From assembly GCA_000004985.1 (NCBI GenBank), contig GG738904.1: a stretch of 64,000 bases of DNA; one strand, 5' to 3'. Under the pieces are notes generated by a model. It did no database searches, was not told the origin of the DNA, and worked only from the letters and a program-made list of their open reading frames with translations. This stretch comes from Naegleria gruberi. Its lineage: Eukaryota. Below are positions 34,096-43,929 of this stretch, piece after piece. Every line of letters begins with the position of its first letter. Position 1 is the stretch's first letter. Both the position numbers and the translations under genes were made by a program.

Positions 34096-34618
34096 AAATC
34101 AGAAGGTGTTCTTAAAGATGGTCACTGGTGCCATCAATGGTTTGATTCGTGGATTTTGGTTAAAGATATTATTCCACTTGAAGAACATTCTTCAATTATT
34201 AGGAGATGTTACAGCATGCTATGTGGAAAGTACCGTTAATATTTCCAAAGATATTTTGGAAATGTACAGTTTCATAATGAAGGAATCATTTTTGGAAAGA
34301 TTAAATTCAAGAATTGAGGAGAGAAATCTTTTATGTATTGATTTTGAAATTGTTAACAATGGATTGGTAGATAGGAATGCAGAGTGTTTTAACTCATGGT
34401 ATGAAAATGTATCTAAACATCTTATTGATTGGTCAAGTAAGGCTGTAAGTAATCGATTTGCAGAGTTTACAGAGTTAGTGGATGAAATTTTTGGTCAAGT
34501 TAAGAATGATTATGCAATGATTGCTGATAAAACTATTGAAAAGAGAACAATGGAGTATAATTTTATTACTGAAAAGAAGAGAAGATTGACAGAATTGATC
34601 AAAGAGTTAAAAAAGTAG
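34085..34618 (+). CDS. Hypothetical protein of 177 aa, predicted helical. Its ATG is embedded in the P450 His-Glu codons (cATGag).
   Basis: ORF MSIENQKVFLKMVTGAINGLIRGFWLKILFHL...RLTELIKELKK in frame +2 relative to the P450. I recognise no domain. Confidence 0.3.
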   Translation: MSIENQKVFLKMVTGAINGLIRGFWLKILFHLKNILQLLGDVTACYVESTVNISKDILEMYSFIMKESFLERLNSRIEERNLLCIDFEIVNNGLVDRNAECFNSWYENVSKHLIDWSSKAVSNRFAEFTELVDEIFGQVKNDYAMIADKTIEKRTMEYNFITEKKRRLTELIKELKK

Positions 34619-34639
34619 ATTGGTAATGAGTAAATTGAA

Positions 34640-35060
34640 TTGTGTCTGTGCAATTCTGATTGTATTCTTGTAAAGTGGTGATGGTACCTGTCAGGTACCG
34701 TCACAGGTACTTGGCAGGTACGATTTTTACCATCACAGGTACCGTCACAGGTACTTGGCAGGTATCACAGGTACCATCAGGTACCATCAGGTACCATCAC
34801 AGGTACCGTCACAGGTGCAAATGGTACCTGACAAGTACAATCACAGGTACCGTCACAGGTATCTGAATTTCCTCACAGGTACCATCACAGGTACTTGGCA
34901 GGTATCACAGGTACCATCACAGGTACCATCACAGGTACCGTCACAAGTACTTGGACCATCACAAGTACCCTTACAAGGACTTGTAAGGTGCTCAACACGT
35001 ACCTACAGTGTCTGACAAGTATGGTACCTCACAATAACCATCACAGCTACAACAAACACC
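34640..35060. repeat. Imperfect tandem minisatellite, about 20 units of CACAGGTACC(A/G)TCA or CAGGTACTTGG, each centred on a KpnI palindrome GGTACC. It begins with an inverted unit that can form a hairpin.
   Basis: Repeated caggtaccatca and caggtaccgtcacaggtacttggcaggtat. At 34676-34710, tgatggtacctgtca is the reverse complement of tgacaggtaccatca. It lies between the convergent 3' ends of ORF 34085-34618 and gene 35100-36299. Confidence 0.85.
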
Positions 35061-35099
35061 ATAACAAATACTTTTTATATCTCCTCCAATCAACTATAT

Positions 35100-36299
35100 T
35101 TATTTGAAATATTTGGATTTCTTAATAGGTCTATGGACATTATGATCATTTTCTGAATCAGAACTAATACCACCTCTATCTGAAGAATCTTCTTCAACAT
35201 CTTCTTCTTCATCATCCTCTTCAACTTCACAATGATCAGCATTTCCAAAGCAAATATTGTACCAAATTGGAGGACCTTCATCAGACTTGTTACAATCATC
35301 TTTATCCATTTGCTTTTCAAAGAATAACTCCATTTCAAAGGCATCAAGTTCTTCATTCAATTGAATAACATCCTTAACAGGTGGTTCTATGATGGCTTCC
35401 TCTTCAATATAACCATTCTCATTGTAACGATTGATGAGAAGAACTGTTTCCTTTGAGGTGTCAAATATCTCTTCTTCCTCCTTCTCATTAAAATCAATAC
35501 TTTCATCATCTGCTATAGTTGCAGATTCCTTCTTTTCATACTCCACAATTAAATTCAAACCACTAACATCTGGTTTGATTACAAGACTGGAAAGCGTGTC
35601 TTCATTTAGAGATGGCAAATCATCATATGGGAAAACAATACTTTGAGTTTCACTAACGGATGAGTATCCATCTTGATCTGCTCTAGCCATTTCGACAGAA
35701 TCATCATCAGTGAGTGCATCATCTTCTGTTAGAATCAATGGTTCATTAAATACATCAACTTGTTCTTCCATCTGAGTTTCTGCACTTGATATAATCAATA
35801 AAGGTTGAACCAATTCATATCTCTCATTGGTGTAAGAGTAAAGGTCAATGTCATCATTGTTTAATAACAAGTTTAACAATGTTGAATTACTAGTCTGTGA
35901 AAGCACTTTTCCCTTCTTACTAAACTCTCCAACAAATGCTTGGAAATTGAATTCACTATTACATTGTTCCAACTCTTTGAAATAAATCAAAGAAGGGTTC
36001 ATTTCAAGTAAATCTGCCAAATCTTCTAATTTACTATCCATGGATAAAAAGTCATCATGCTTCTTCTCCTTAAAAATCAAAAGTAAGAGACAAAGTGCAA
36101 AATAATCACAAGAGTAATCTGCTGATAATCCATTAATATCATCTTGATTGATAGGATCGTTACCAAGCCAAAAAGATGTCAATTCCTTCCTTAGCTTGAT
36201 ATCCAAATAACAGAAATCACTGACAACTTCACTATAAAATTTCTTCTTTACTAATTCTTCTACTAAACACCACTTGTTGAAATATGTATTGTACAACAT
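35100..36299 (-). CDS. Hypothetical acidic (D/E-rich) protein of 399 aa, divergently transcribed from the Myb-LAGLIDADG gene
   Basis: Uninterrupted ORF MLYNTYFNKWCLVEELVKKKFYSEVVSDF...EEDDEEEDVEEDSSDRGGISSDSENDHNVHRPIKKSKYFK. I recognise no domain. It shares a 345-bp promoter region (36300-36644, containing (AT)8 and CACAC..CTCGAG..GTGTG) with the downstream + gene. Confidence 0.45.
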   Translation of the reverse strand: MLYNTYFNKWCLVEELVKKKFYSEVVSDFCYLDIKLRKELTSFWLGNDPINQDDINGLSADYSCDYFALCLLLLIFKEKKHDDFLSMDSKLEDLADLLEMNPSLIYFKELEQCNSEFNFQAFVGEFSKKGKVLSQTSNSTLLNLLLNNDDIDLYSYTNERYELVQPLLIISSAETQMEEQVDVFNEPLILTEDDALTDDDSVEMARADQDGYSSVSETQSIVFPYDDLPSLNEDTLSSLVIKPDVSGLNLIVEYEKKESATIADDESIDFNEKEEEEIFDTSKETVLLINRYNENGYIEEEAIIEPPVKDVIQLNEELDAFEMELFFEKQMDKDDCNKSDEGPPIWYNICFGNADHCEVEEDDEEEDVEEDSSDRGGISSDSENDHNVHRPIKKSKYFK

Positions 36300-36644
36300 G
36301 ATGGATTATTCCTTTTTTTTCAAAAACAAAAGCTTTCACACAACCTCGAGTCGTGTGAAATGTCTCACACTCTAATATTTTAATATTTTTATAAGGCTTG
36401 AATATATATATATATATATTGAAAAGGGATTGACCGAAACTGGAAGACACATTAATTGGATATCTAAAGAGACCAAACAAATTTTCCTCAGAATTGAAGA
36501 GTCACGTCGCTACGTCCCTCAAGACATCCACACAACTTTGCAAATTAATACAATTGAGAAAAAAAAACTACTTTTATTTTCGACTCAACTTTGTTACAAG
36601 TAACAACACACATCAAATTCCAACACAGAACTCAATATAGCAGA

Positions 36645-38966
36645 ATGATAAGAAAAAACTGGTTAAAAGAAGAAGAAGATCTTTTGGTCAAATTGGTAAA
36701 GGAAAAAGGCCACAATTGGACTGAAATTGCTCCCAACTTCGATGTTACTCCAAATGCCTGCCACAAAAAGTATAAGGATTTGTTAAAGAATCTTGGCAGG
36801 AAAAGATCGTTCTGGACTGATGAAATGAAAGCTAATCTCCTTAAATTAGCAAAAGAATATGCCGATAAAGGAATAGAGAAATGGAAGATTATTGAGGAAA
36901 AATTAGGAAAAGAAGCTAAAGCTTGCCAACAGCATTTTTATTATTTAGTCAAACAGCACGGGTTGGATTCTAATGATTTCAACAGCGTCAGACCATTTTG
37001 GACCATGGAAGAGAAGCGCGAATTGACTGAGTTAGTCAATTTGCATGGAAGGAAGTGGAAGAAAATTGAGAAACTAATTAGCTGCAACAGAGATGCTCAT
37101 TCTTGTCAGAGCCAGTTTATGCTATTAGAAAGTAGACAGAATGATCCAATTGAAAAGAAGTTGAACGATATCTTTCAAGCAACGACTTCAGAGACAGATT
37201 TGAATGAAATCTCTCTTTACGAATTCTTCAATATCCCAACAAGTAGATACAATGGGGTTCCAGCATCGACTTTGTTGGTGGATCAAGCAGATGAAGTTGA
37301 TGAAGAAACATTTCATCGTTCTTACATGGCTGGAGATACTGAATTTAGTGTACGTGAGGTTGCAACTGGTAGATTGGTCAGAAAAACCATTGAGGAGATT
37401 TATCTTTCCAGTGGAACATATGAAACATATAGTATTGAATCTGGATTTAATGTGGAAGAAATTGGTAAGTTTCGTTTCAATTACTATTTTCAAAGAATAA
37501 TAATAATGAAAGAATGTAAATTGTTTCCAGCAAATGAAGTATTAGAGTTGAGTGCTACTTGTTTCAAAGCAAAATTATATTTCAATGAATGTGCTCGAAT
37601 TGTTGAAGAGAAACGTTTCATATTTTCCGAACAAGTTCAAGTCCGTCCAGATGAGTGCAGTAGTGTGAGATTACCTGTATCAGATCTTCAAGACAATATG
37701 TTCATCATTAATAACTATCAATTGAAATCCAAGGAAAAGCTTGTAAGAACATCATTACCATGTGGTCAACTTACTGACACCACCCAAACAAAAGAATGTA
37801 AGTATTTTATGAATTATTCTCATAATATTTTAAAGATTTTGACATTTTGTTCAGAACTTTCCCAACTCTAGTTGACTCCAAAGACAAACAGGGAGTCATG
37901 GTTCAACTATTGGGAGCCTATTTAGCAGATGGTGATGGAGGATACTTTAAATTGTATTTTAATGCCAAAAATGAGCAAGAACTTACCTATTATTTTACAG
38001 ATTTCTTAAAAGAAATTTGTGAATTGAATTCAGAGACAATAAGAGAGGATCTTAAATTCAAGAAAGAGGAAGAGTATGTCACCATTAAGCTCAATGATAA
38101 GAATGCTGACAAGGATATTGAACGAGTCTTACAAAATGGTTATCAAATATCCGGGTCCATACTTGTTGCACCTGCATGGTATGTTTTTCACTTTCAATAC
38201 ATTTTTACTAGTAACAAATAGTACTGGCTTACACAGATTTTTAAAAGAAATAGAATTGTTATGTAATAAGTATAATGGCAGTTACCAAACTAGAAAGAAT
38301 TTCTCTTCCATCTTCAACATTACAAATTTTGGTATGTTTAGCTTGTACAAATTTTTCGAAGGTTCTGTACAAGGAGATGGCACATTAGAGAGTAATCGTG
38401 TAACGTTTGGTCAGAATTGTTCAATTTCAGATACTCACCAACAGTACTTTAATCAGGTCCACCATTGTGCAACCATGCTTGGGTTAAAGACTGGCGTGGG
38501 TAAAGTGTGTGAAGAAACTACAGGTTTGAAAATGACTGGTAAGAACATGACCATTTTTGAAAGTGAAGGACTTGAGAAAAAGAAAGTAAATGCAGATGTT
38601 GTGTTTAGACCATTTAATCTTACAGTTCAAAGATTAATAGGTGAATCAATGAAGAAGATGTACTGTTTCAAGAAGAGTAATCACTCCTTCCCAATGTTTA
38701 ATGGAATGATAGTGCAAAATGTTGATACTGATCTAGTTTCTGCTAAAATATGTTATGGGAATAGATGGGAAATTCGTGAAATGGACAACTATGAATCTGC
38801 TGCCACTTTCTGCTTGAAGAAATATATTGCTTCCTTAGGGTTTCCAAGTGACCGTATGACAAGAAATGCTGTAAGAAGATTAATACTAAAAATAGAAGGA
38901 ATAGTATCTGTTAAAAGAAAGCAAAAATCAAACAAGGAATCAAACAAGAAAGTTAAAACACAATAA
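36645..38966 (+). CDS. Fusion protein with three N-terminal Myb/SANT-type repeats and a C-terminal two-motif LAGLIDADG endonuclease-like domain. Exons: 36645-37464 (or read-through), 37531-37801, 37855-38178, 38222-38966.
   Basis: Myb repeats: WLKEEEDLLVKLVKEKGHNWTEIAPNF..Y, FWTDEMKANLLKLAKEYADKGIEKWKIIEEKL..F, FWTMEEKRELTELVNLHGRKWKKIEKL..F, with W-x18-22-W-x18-(Y/F) spacing. LAGLIDADG motif 1: VMVQLLGAYLADGDGGYFKLYF (37907-37945). Motif 2, about 130 aa later: SLYKFFEGSVQGDGTLESNRVTF (about 38352-38390). Introns: GTAAGT..CAG (37465-37530, in-frame and optional), GTATTT..TTCAG (37802-37854), GTATGT..ATAG (38179-38221, short). Confidence 0.5.
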
Positions 38967-39085
38967 CATTTCAATTAAAGAATATATTTACTGAACTTTA
39001 TTAAATGACTTTTTATTTCTGAATAAACAAAAGTATATTGAGCACTTTTGCATCCATTTGAAAATTGACAATCATTTCTGCTGAA

Positions 39086-39162
39086 ATGGTCATGTAAGAA
39101 GTATGAATTATGTCATTCTGGAAACTCTTCGTATTCATCCACCTGTAACATGTGTTTAGAGT
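39086..39162 (+). pseudogene. Degenerate P450 K-helix fragment (..NGHVRSMNYVILETLRIHPPVTCV*) just inside the right end of the insertion
   Basis: ETLRIHPP matches the P450 ExxR / HPP K-helix consensus. MNYV matches the paralog at 56520-56560 (IMNYVNAVIMET), not the adjacent C-half (MDYIHGCVMECLRLHPPV). It is out of order for a P450, which runs I-helix then K-helix. Confidence 0.45.
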
Positions 39163-39178
39163 TGCTAAGAAGACAACC

Positions 39179-39842
39179 ACATGAGGTTCGTGTTTTATAA
39201 TTAATTTTACAAGTGTTTAACAAAATATTTAAGACGACTGCCACAACCATGCAATGGTTAATGTACGAATTGTCCAAGCGTCCAGAAGCTCAACAAAAGG
39301 CCAGAGAAGAAGCAATCAGAATTGGAGGAGGTGACAATGTTTTGAGAGCTCCAGATTTTGATGATTACAACAATATGGACTATATTCATGGTTGTGTAAT
39401 GGAATGCTTACGTCTCCATCCACCAGTCGTTTCCATGGTAAAAACCTGTGCCAAATCTACCAAAATTGGAAAAACAAGCATTCCAAAGGGATCTTGCATC
39501 TATGTAAATGCCAAGGCCTGTCACTTGTACGGTGAAGATTTTAACACCACTGAATTTACTGGTGCTCAATTCGCTCCAGAAAGATTTTTGGATAAGGATT
39601 TCAAACAAAAGGTTCAAACAAGTGGAGCATGGTTCCCATTCAATATGAGTAATAGAAAATGCATTGGTTACATGTTTGCCCAAATTGAATTGTGTATCAT
39701 GTTGTGTAGAATGTTGCAATTTTATGAATTCAAATTGTTGAATGATGAAAGTAAACCAGCTGAGAAGGTTGAAGATCTTCCTGGTATTACCTTTAGACCA
39801 TCTTCTAATTTGAAGGTTTTGGTAACAAGAAGAACAAAATAA
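39179..39842 (+). CDS. Cytochrome P450 C-terminal half. A 7-nt micro-exon ACATGAG (39179-39185, the His-Glu of AGHETT) is followed by a GTTCGT..TTTAAG intron (39186-39233) and exon 39234-39842 (TTATTMQWLMYEL...heme loop FPFNMSNRKCIGYMFA).
   Basis: Contains ECLRLHPP (ExxR), PERF and FxxxxxRxCxG (FNMSNRKCIG). Together with 33082-34089 it would form a complete P450 if the insertion were absent. Confidence 0.6.
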
Positions 39843-39964
39843 ATATGAATGTGTAAATATTTATTATACTTAATATATTTAAATTATTGAAATATTGAAA
39901 TATTGAAATTGTAAAGTTTTTAAATAGTTTAAAAATAGAGTTTACAATTTTAAAAAAATAAAAA

Positions 39965-41035
39965 ATGTCTGATGACCAAAAACAAGAAGAAATTGCTTCG
40001 GAAGAAACCATGGAACATATCGCCCAACTGATCAACAAGGCAAGAAGAGTCGTTGTATTTTCTGGTGCTGGTATGAGTGCAGAGTCTGGAATTGATACTT
40101 TCAGAGGAGGAGGTGGTTTATGGACCGGATTGATGGGAAAATTGTTTTTGGCTTATGGAGGTGAGTGGATTTGTCTTTAAATTCGTGTTTATATATATTG
40201 GATATATTGGATTGTATTTAAAATTATTAAAATTATTTAAATATTATTTGATGGTAATTGATTGGAATAATTTATAAATTAATTATTCGTGTGATGATTA
40301 TATGAATGAATGAATTGATGGAATATGATAATATTAGGAACACCATTTGGATGGAATATAACACCACAGATTTGTTGGGGACAATATATTAAACGATTTT
40401 ATGGACCGATTGCTAAAGCTGATCCAAATAATGGACATTTTGCATTGGCCAAGTTGGAACAAGAAGTGTTTGGAGATTATATGGAAGTTATTACACAAAA
40501 TGTTGATGGATTGCATCAAAGAGCTGGATCAACTCATGTCTATGAAGTGCATGGTACAGTAATGAGACATTGCTGTATTGCTGAACGTCACATTTTCGAT
40601 TTTGATGAATATTGGGGAGAAGAGAATGATGAAAAGAAAATGGACTTGCCAGACAAGTCACCAAAATGCAAACATCCAGGGTGTAATAGTACACTTCGTC
40701 CTGATTGTGTCCTATTTACAGAAGCCCTGCCAATGGACCAATGGGAACCTTCTTTCCATGCAGTTGACAGAATGAGAAAGGGAGATGTCATGATTTGTGT
40801 TGGAACAAGTGCCAAGGTCTATCCAGCTGCTTCACTTCCTGGAAGAGCTGCCAGAAGAGGAGCTCATTTAATTGAATTCAATTTGGAAGAAACAGATTAC
40901 AATCAATTACCGAATTATATATTCGTTAAGGGTCCAAGTGGTCAAACACTTCCAACCATTGTAGATAGAGTAATTGAATTGAGAAATGCAAATCAATCAA
41001 TACCATCGGAAAATATTTCTCAAATTGTAGAATAA
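39965..41035 (+). CDS. Sir2-family NAD-dependent protein deacylase (sirtuin), 2 exons: 39965-40160 and 40338-41035
   Basis: GAGMSAESGIDTFRG (Rossmann / GAGISxxxGIPxFR), QNVDGLHQRAGS, HG, a Zn ribbon (C..C...CKHPGC..LRPDCV) and GTSAKVYPAA. The intron is GTGAGT...ATTAG (40161-40337) in phase 1. Confidence 0.8.
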
Positions 41036-41208
41036 TATATTGTAAATATTTTAACACAAAATGTAAAAACCAAATTATTAATAGTATTTAATATTGCTAT
41101 AAATTCAAAGTAGATTTCCTAATATTTCCAATTTTGAACATTCAACTGAACCGCCAAAACAAAATTTGAATCAAAAAAAACAAACAAATTACCACGTGTC
41201 AGACAAAG

Positions 41209-43332
41209 ATGACAGCAGCAACAGCAACGAGTAGTGGAAAGGATTTGCTTGTGCAATGCCTGGGACTTGTTGTCTTTTGTGTGGTGGGTGGTCTTTTCGT
41301 CTACTTTATTCCATCGGAACAATATGGAAAAGAGATGATGAACAAGATGACGAATCACGCAAAGATAAAAGATTTGATGAGTAGATTTACTTCTTTGGAA
41401 AGTAAAATAGTAAAGAAAGATAGAGAAACTATTCGAAATCTTTCACCTTCGTGTAAATTAGCACTTGTCGAGAATAGTTTAAAGACCAAACACGTTTCAC
41501 AATTCTTTTCAAGTATTCTACCAAGTGAAAAGTATGAGAAAATTGCCAACCAACTCTCGGAACAAGTTACAGATCAAACTTTTAACAAGTGTGAAAAACA
41601 AATTGATTTTACCAATTTAAAAATCAATTTGAATTTAGAAAAGTTGAAATCAAATCAAGAAATAGTTATTGATTTGAATTTTATGAAAAAGATGGAAGAA
41701 TTAAGTTTCCTTCAATCTTCATTACAACAAGAGCAACACAGTGGATCATGTTCTCAACGAGTGATTGAATCAATTTTAATTCAGAAAGAGTTGCACGATA
41801 TTTCAACACTTCATAATATTACAACACTCGATAAGGCAGTTAATTTTTATGGTCAATTGTGGCTTAGACAAGATTGTTCTGAATCTATTAGTACTATCAG
41901 CAAGTCGTCAGATTTGTTAAAGGAATATTCTCATTTGGTCAACCAACAGGATGTGGATAAGCTTTACCAATTATTGGATGTTGAACCATCTGATCATTTG
42001 AAACCTTTAGAACCAAGAGTGTTAAAATCAATTTTCCAAGAGCAAGAAAAGAAAATTGTAAATGCACAAATTGACAAGTTGGAAAAGCAAATTACTGAGC
42101 TGAAGAATACCATTGGTGAATTTGAAAATCAATCCAAAATCTTGTCTAGAACCATTTCAGAAAAGGAGAAGGAATACAAGATGTCCCTTGAAAAATCTCA
42201 AGCAGAAAATGACAAACTGCAAGTTTTAATAAGAGAAAAGCAAGTTTCCATCTCATCACTTGAATCCAAGCAAAAATCATTGACAGAAGAAGTGGTGAAT
42301 TATCAACGATCTGTATCTAATCTCAAAAGTGATTTGGAAAAGGAATTTGAGAAATATAAGGCTATCAATTTGAAGAATATTCAATTAGAAGATTCCAATA
42401 ACAAGCTCACTCAAAAATCAAAGGATTTTGAGAATGAAATCAAGAAGAAAATTCCTTCCCTTGAAGAAAATATTCAACTCTTGAATAAGGAAAAGACAAC
42501 AATGGAAAAACAAATTCAAGAACTCAAGAATTCAACCTACACCGATTTGATTTCTGGACGTGAAAAGCTTTTCAAGCAAGCTGAAGTATTACAACAAACT
42601 GGAAAGAATATTGACACTATTGGTGGCTTATTGAATCAATTCAATGAAACTCTTAAAGGAGACGAATCCCTTCGTGAAAGAATTGGACAACTCTTGGATA
42701 AATTAGAAAAACAACAAAAATCTCAAAAGGAATTGGAAGAAATAATGTCAAAATCCAAACATTTGGAAGTGGAAGGAAAGGAATGTTTCAGTGCTCTCAG
42801 CGTTTGTCGTGAAGAAAAGTCCAAACTCCTCAATGATAAGCAAGTTGAAAAGCTAGTTCTCAAAGTTTCTTCATTGGAAAAGAAAATTGAAGCCCTCAAT
42901 CAAGAAAAACAAGAATTAGTTTCCAAAGTTGGAGATTATTCGAATACCATCTCAGAAATTGAGCAGAAAAAGAATGAATCTATCGAAAGATCAGAAAACT
43001 TGTCGACCATTCTTGTGGATTTGAAATTAGAACATGTTGAAGAACAAAAACGAAACAAACTCACCATTGAAACTTTAGAACAAGAATTGAACGAAACAAG
43101 GCAATTACTCAATCAAACATCGACCCAACATTCAACAGAACATACTCAAAATGAACAATTACAAAACGAATTGACCAAAATTAAGGACCAATTTACCACT
43201 TGCCAAACCAGCAGTGAAACCATTCTCGAGGAAAATAGAAAACTTTTATTGGAATTGGAAGAAATTAAGAAGGACTTGGTTATTGCTCAATCTGCAAAGA
43301 TTGTTTCTGATTTGAAAGAGGAAGATAATTAA
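41209..43332 (+). CDS. Long coiled-coil protein (707 aa) with an N-terminal hydrophobic segment
   Basis: An N-terminal transmembrane-like stretch LLVQCLGLVVFCVVGGLFVYFI is followed by about 650 aa of heptad-rich K/E/L/Q sequence. Confidence 0.6.
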   Translation: MTAATATSSGKDLLVQCLGLVVFCVVGGLFVYFIPSEQYGKEMMNKMTNHAKIKDLMSRFTSLESKIVKKDRETIRNLSPSCKLALVENSLKTKHVSQFFSSILPSEKYEKIANQLSEQVTDQTFNKCEKQIDFTNLKINLNLEKLKSNQEIVIDLNFMKKMEELSFLQSSLQQEQHSGSCSQRVIESILIQKELHDISTLHNITTLDKAVNFYGQLWLRQDCSESISTISKSSDLLKEYSHLVNQQDVDKLYQLLDVEPSDHLKPLEPRVLKSIFQEQEKKIVNAQIDKLEKQITELKNTIGEFENQSKILSRTISEKEKEYKMSLEKSQAENDKLQVLIREKQVSISSLESKQKSLTEEVVNYQRSVSNLKSDLEKEFEKYKAINLKNIQLEDSNNKLTQKSKDFENEIKKKIPSLEENIQLLNKEKTTMEKQIQELKNSTYTDLISGREKLFKQAEVLQQTGKNIDTIGGLLNQFNETLKGDESLRERIGQLLDKLEKQQKSQKELEEIMSKSKHLEVEGKECFSALSVCREEKSKLLNDKQVEKLVLKVSSLEKKIEALNQEKQELVSKVGDYSNTISEIEQKKNESIERSENLSTILVDLKLEHVEEQKRNKLTIETLEQELNETRQLLNQTSTQHSTEHTQNEQLQNELTKIKDQFTTCQTSSETILEENRKLLLELEEIKKDLVIAQSAKIVSDLKEEDN

Positions 43333-43404
43333 ACCTTTCAAATCAGCATCCTTAATACAATTTACATATTTACAAATTGAATATTTATTATCAAGAAATT
43401 ATTA

Positions 43405-43929
43405 TTAGTAGTAGAATGGTTGATTGTATCCATAACAAGATTGAGATGGTTGTTGATATATTGGATTGAACATTTGATTTTGTGGATACCACATTGGATT
43501 TGGTAATTGACCTTGTTGAGAATACATTGGTTGTTGCTGTTGTAGTGGTGGTGGTGGTGGATATATGACAAGTTGTTGAGCATTACTACTTGGTTGACAA
43601 TAACCATATCCATTCACAGGTTGTGGAAATGGACACATTGGAGGTGGTGGAGGAATGAAACATTGATATGAATATTCATTTATCAACTTGACTTTCAAAG
43701 TACCCATCTGCCAACCCTCACATTTCAAATCAAGATACTTTGATTCACCATCCAATAAATCTCGTAAACGAACTGAGGCTTCATAAAACTTGCCATTGTT
43801 AAAAACTTTAAAGTAGATTCGATCCGTTCCAATGGAAGGAGGATCGAATAGAGTGCTGGTTTCCCAAGGATAAACAGTTGCCTTTAGTTTGACCATTAGT
43901 TTTTTGTTGAGTGTTTCGAATAGTTTCAA
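43405..43929 (-). CDS. Hypothetical protein with a Pro/Gln-rich C-terminus
   Basis: ORF of 174 aa: MKLFETLNKKLMVKLKATVYPWETSTLFDPPSIGTDRIYFKVFNNGKFYEASVRLRDLLDG...PPPPP...QQQQP. Confidence 0.4.
   Translation of the reverse strand: MKLFETLNKKLMVKLKATVYPWETSTLFDPPSIGTDRIYFKVFNNGKFYEASVRLRDLLDGESKYLDLKCEGWQMGTLKVKLINEYSYQCFIPPPPPMCPFPQPVNGYGYCQPSSNAQQLVIYPPPPPLQQQQPMYSQQGQLPNPMWYPQNQMFNPIYQQPSQSCYGYNQPFYY

Larger units (their letters stand above)
34090..39179. mobile_element. Insertion of about 5.1 kb that splits the P450 gene at the I-helix site. It is flanked by a duplicated CATGAG (34084-34089 and 39180-39185). Its cargo is a hypothetical ORF, a minisatellite, an acidic-protein gene, a Myb-LAGLIDADG gene and a P450 K-helix fragment.
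   Basis: Left junction: gcaGGTCATGAG|tattgaaaatcag. Right junction: ...gacaaccaCATGAG|gttcgtg...tttaag|ACGACTGCC (= HE|intron|TTATT). Removing the insert plus one CATGAG copy restores a P450 gene organised like the paralog at 56281-56400. No terminal inverted repeats are visible. Confidence 0.45.

Noticed and set aside
34090-39179. Reading the insertion in the P450 as an intein
   Set aside because: The insert is 5.1 kb, is not in frame with the host P450, contains several independently oriented genes with their own introns, and lacks intein splice-junction residues. An intein is excluded. A large nested-gene intron remains a formal alternative and is listed under would_refute.
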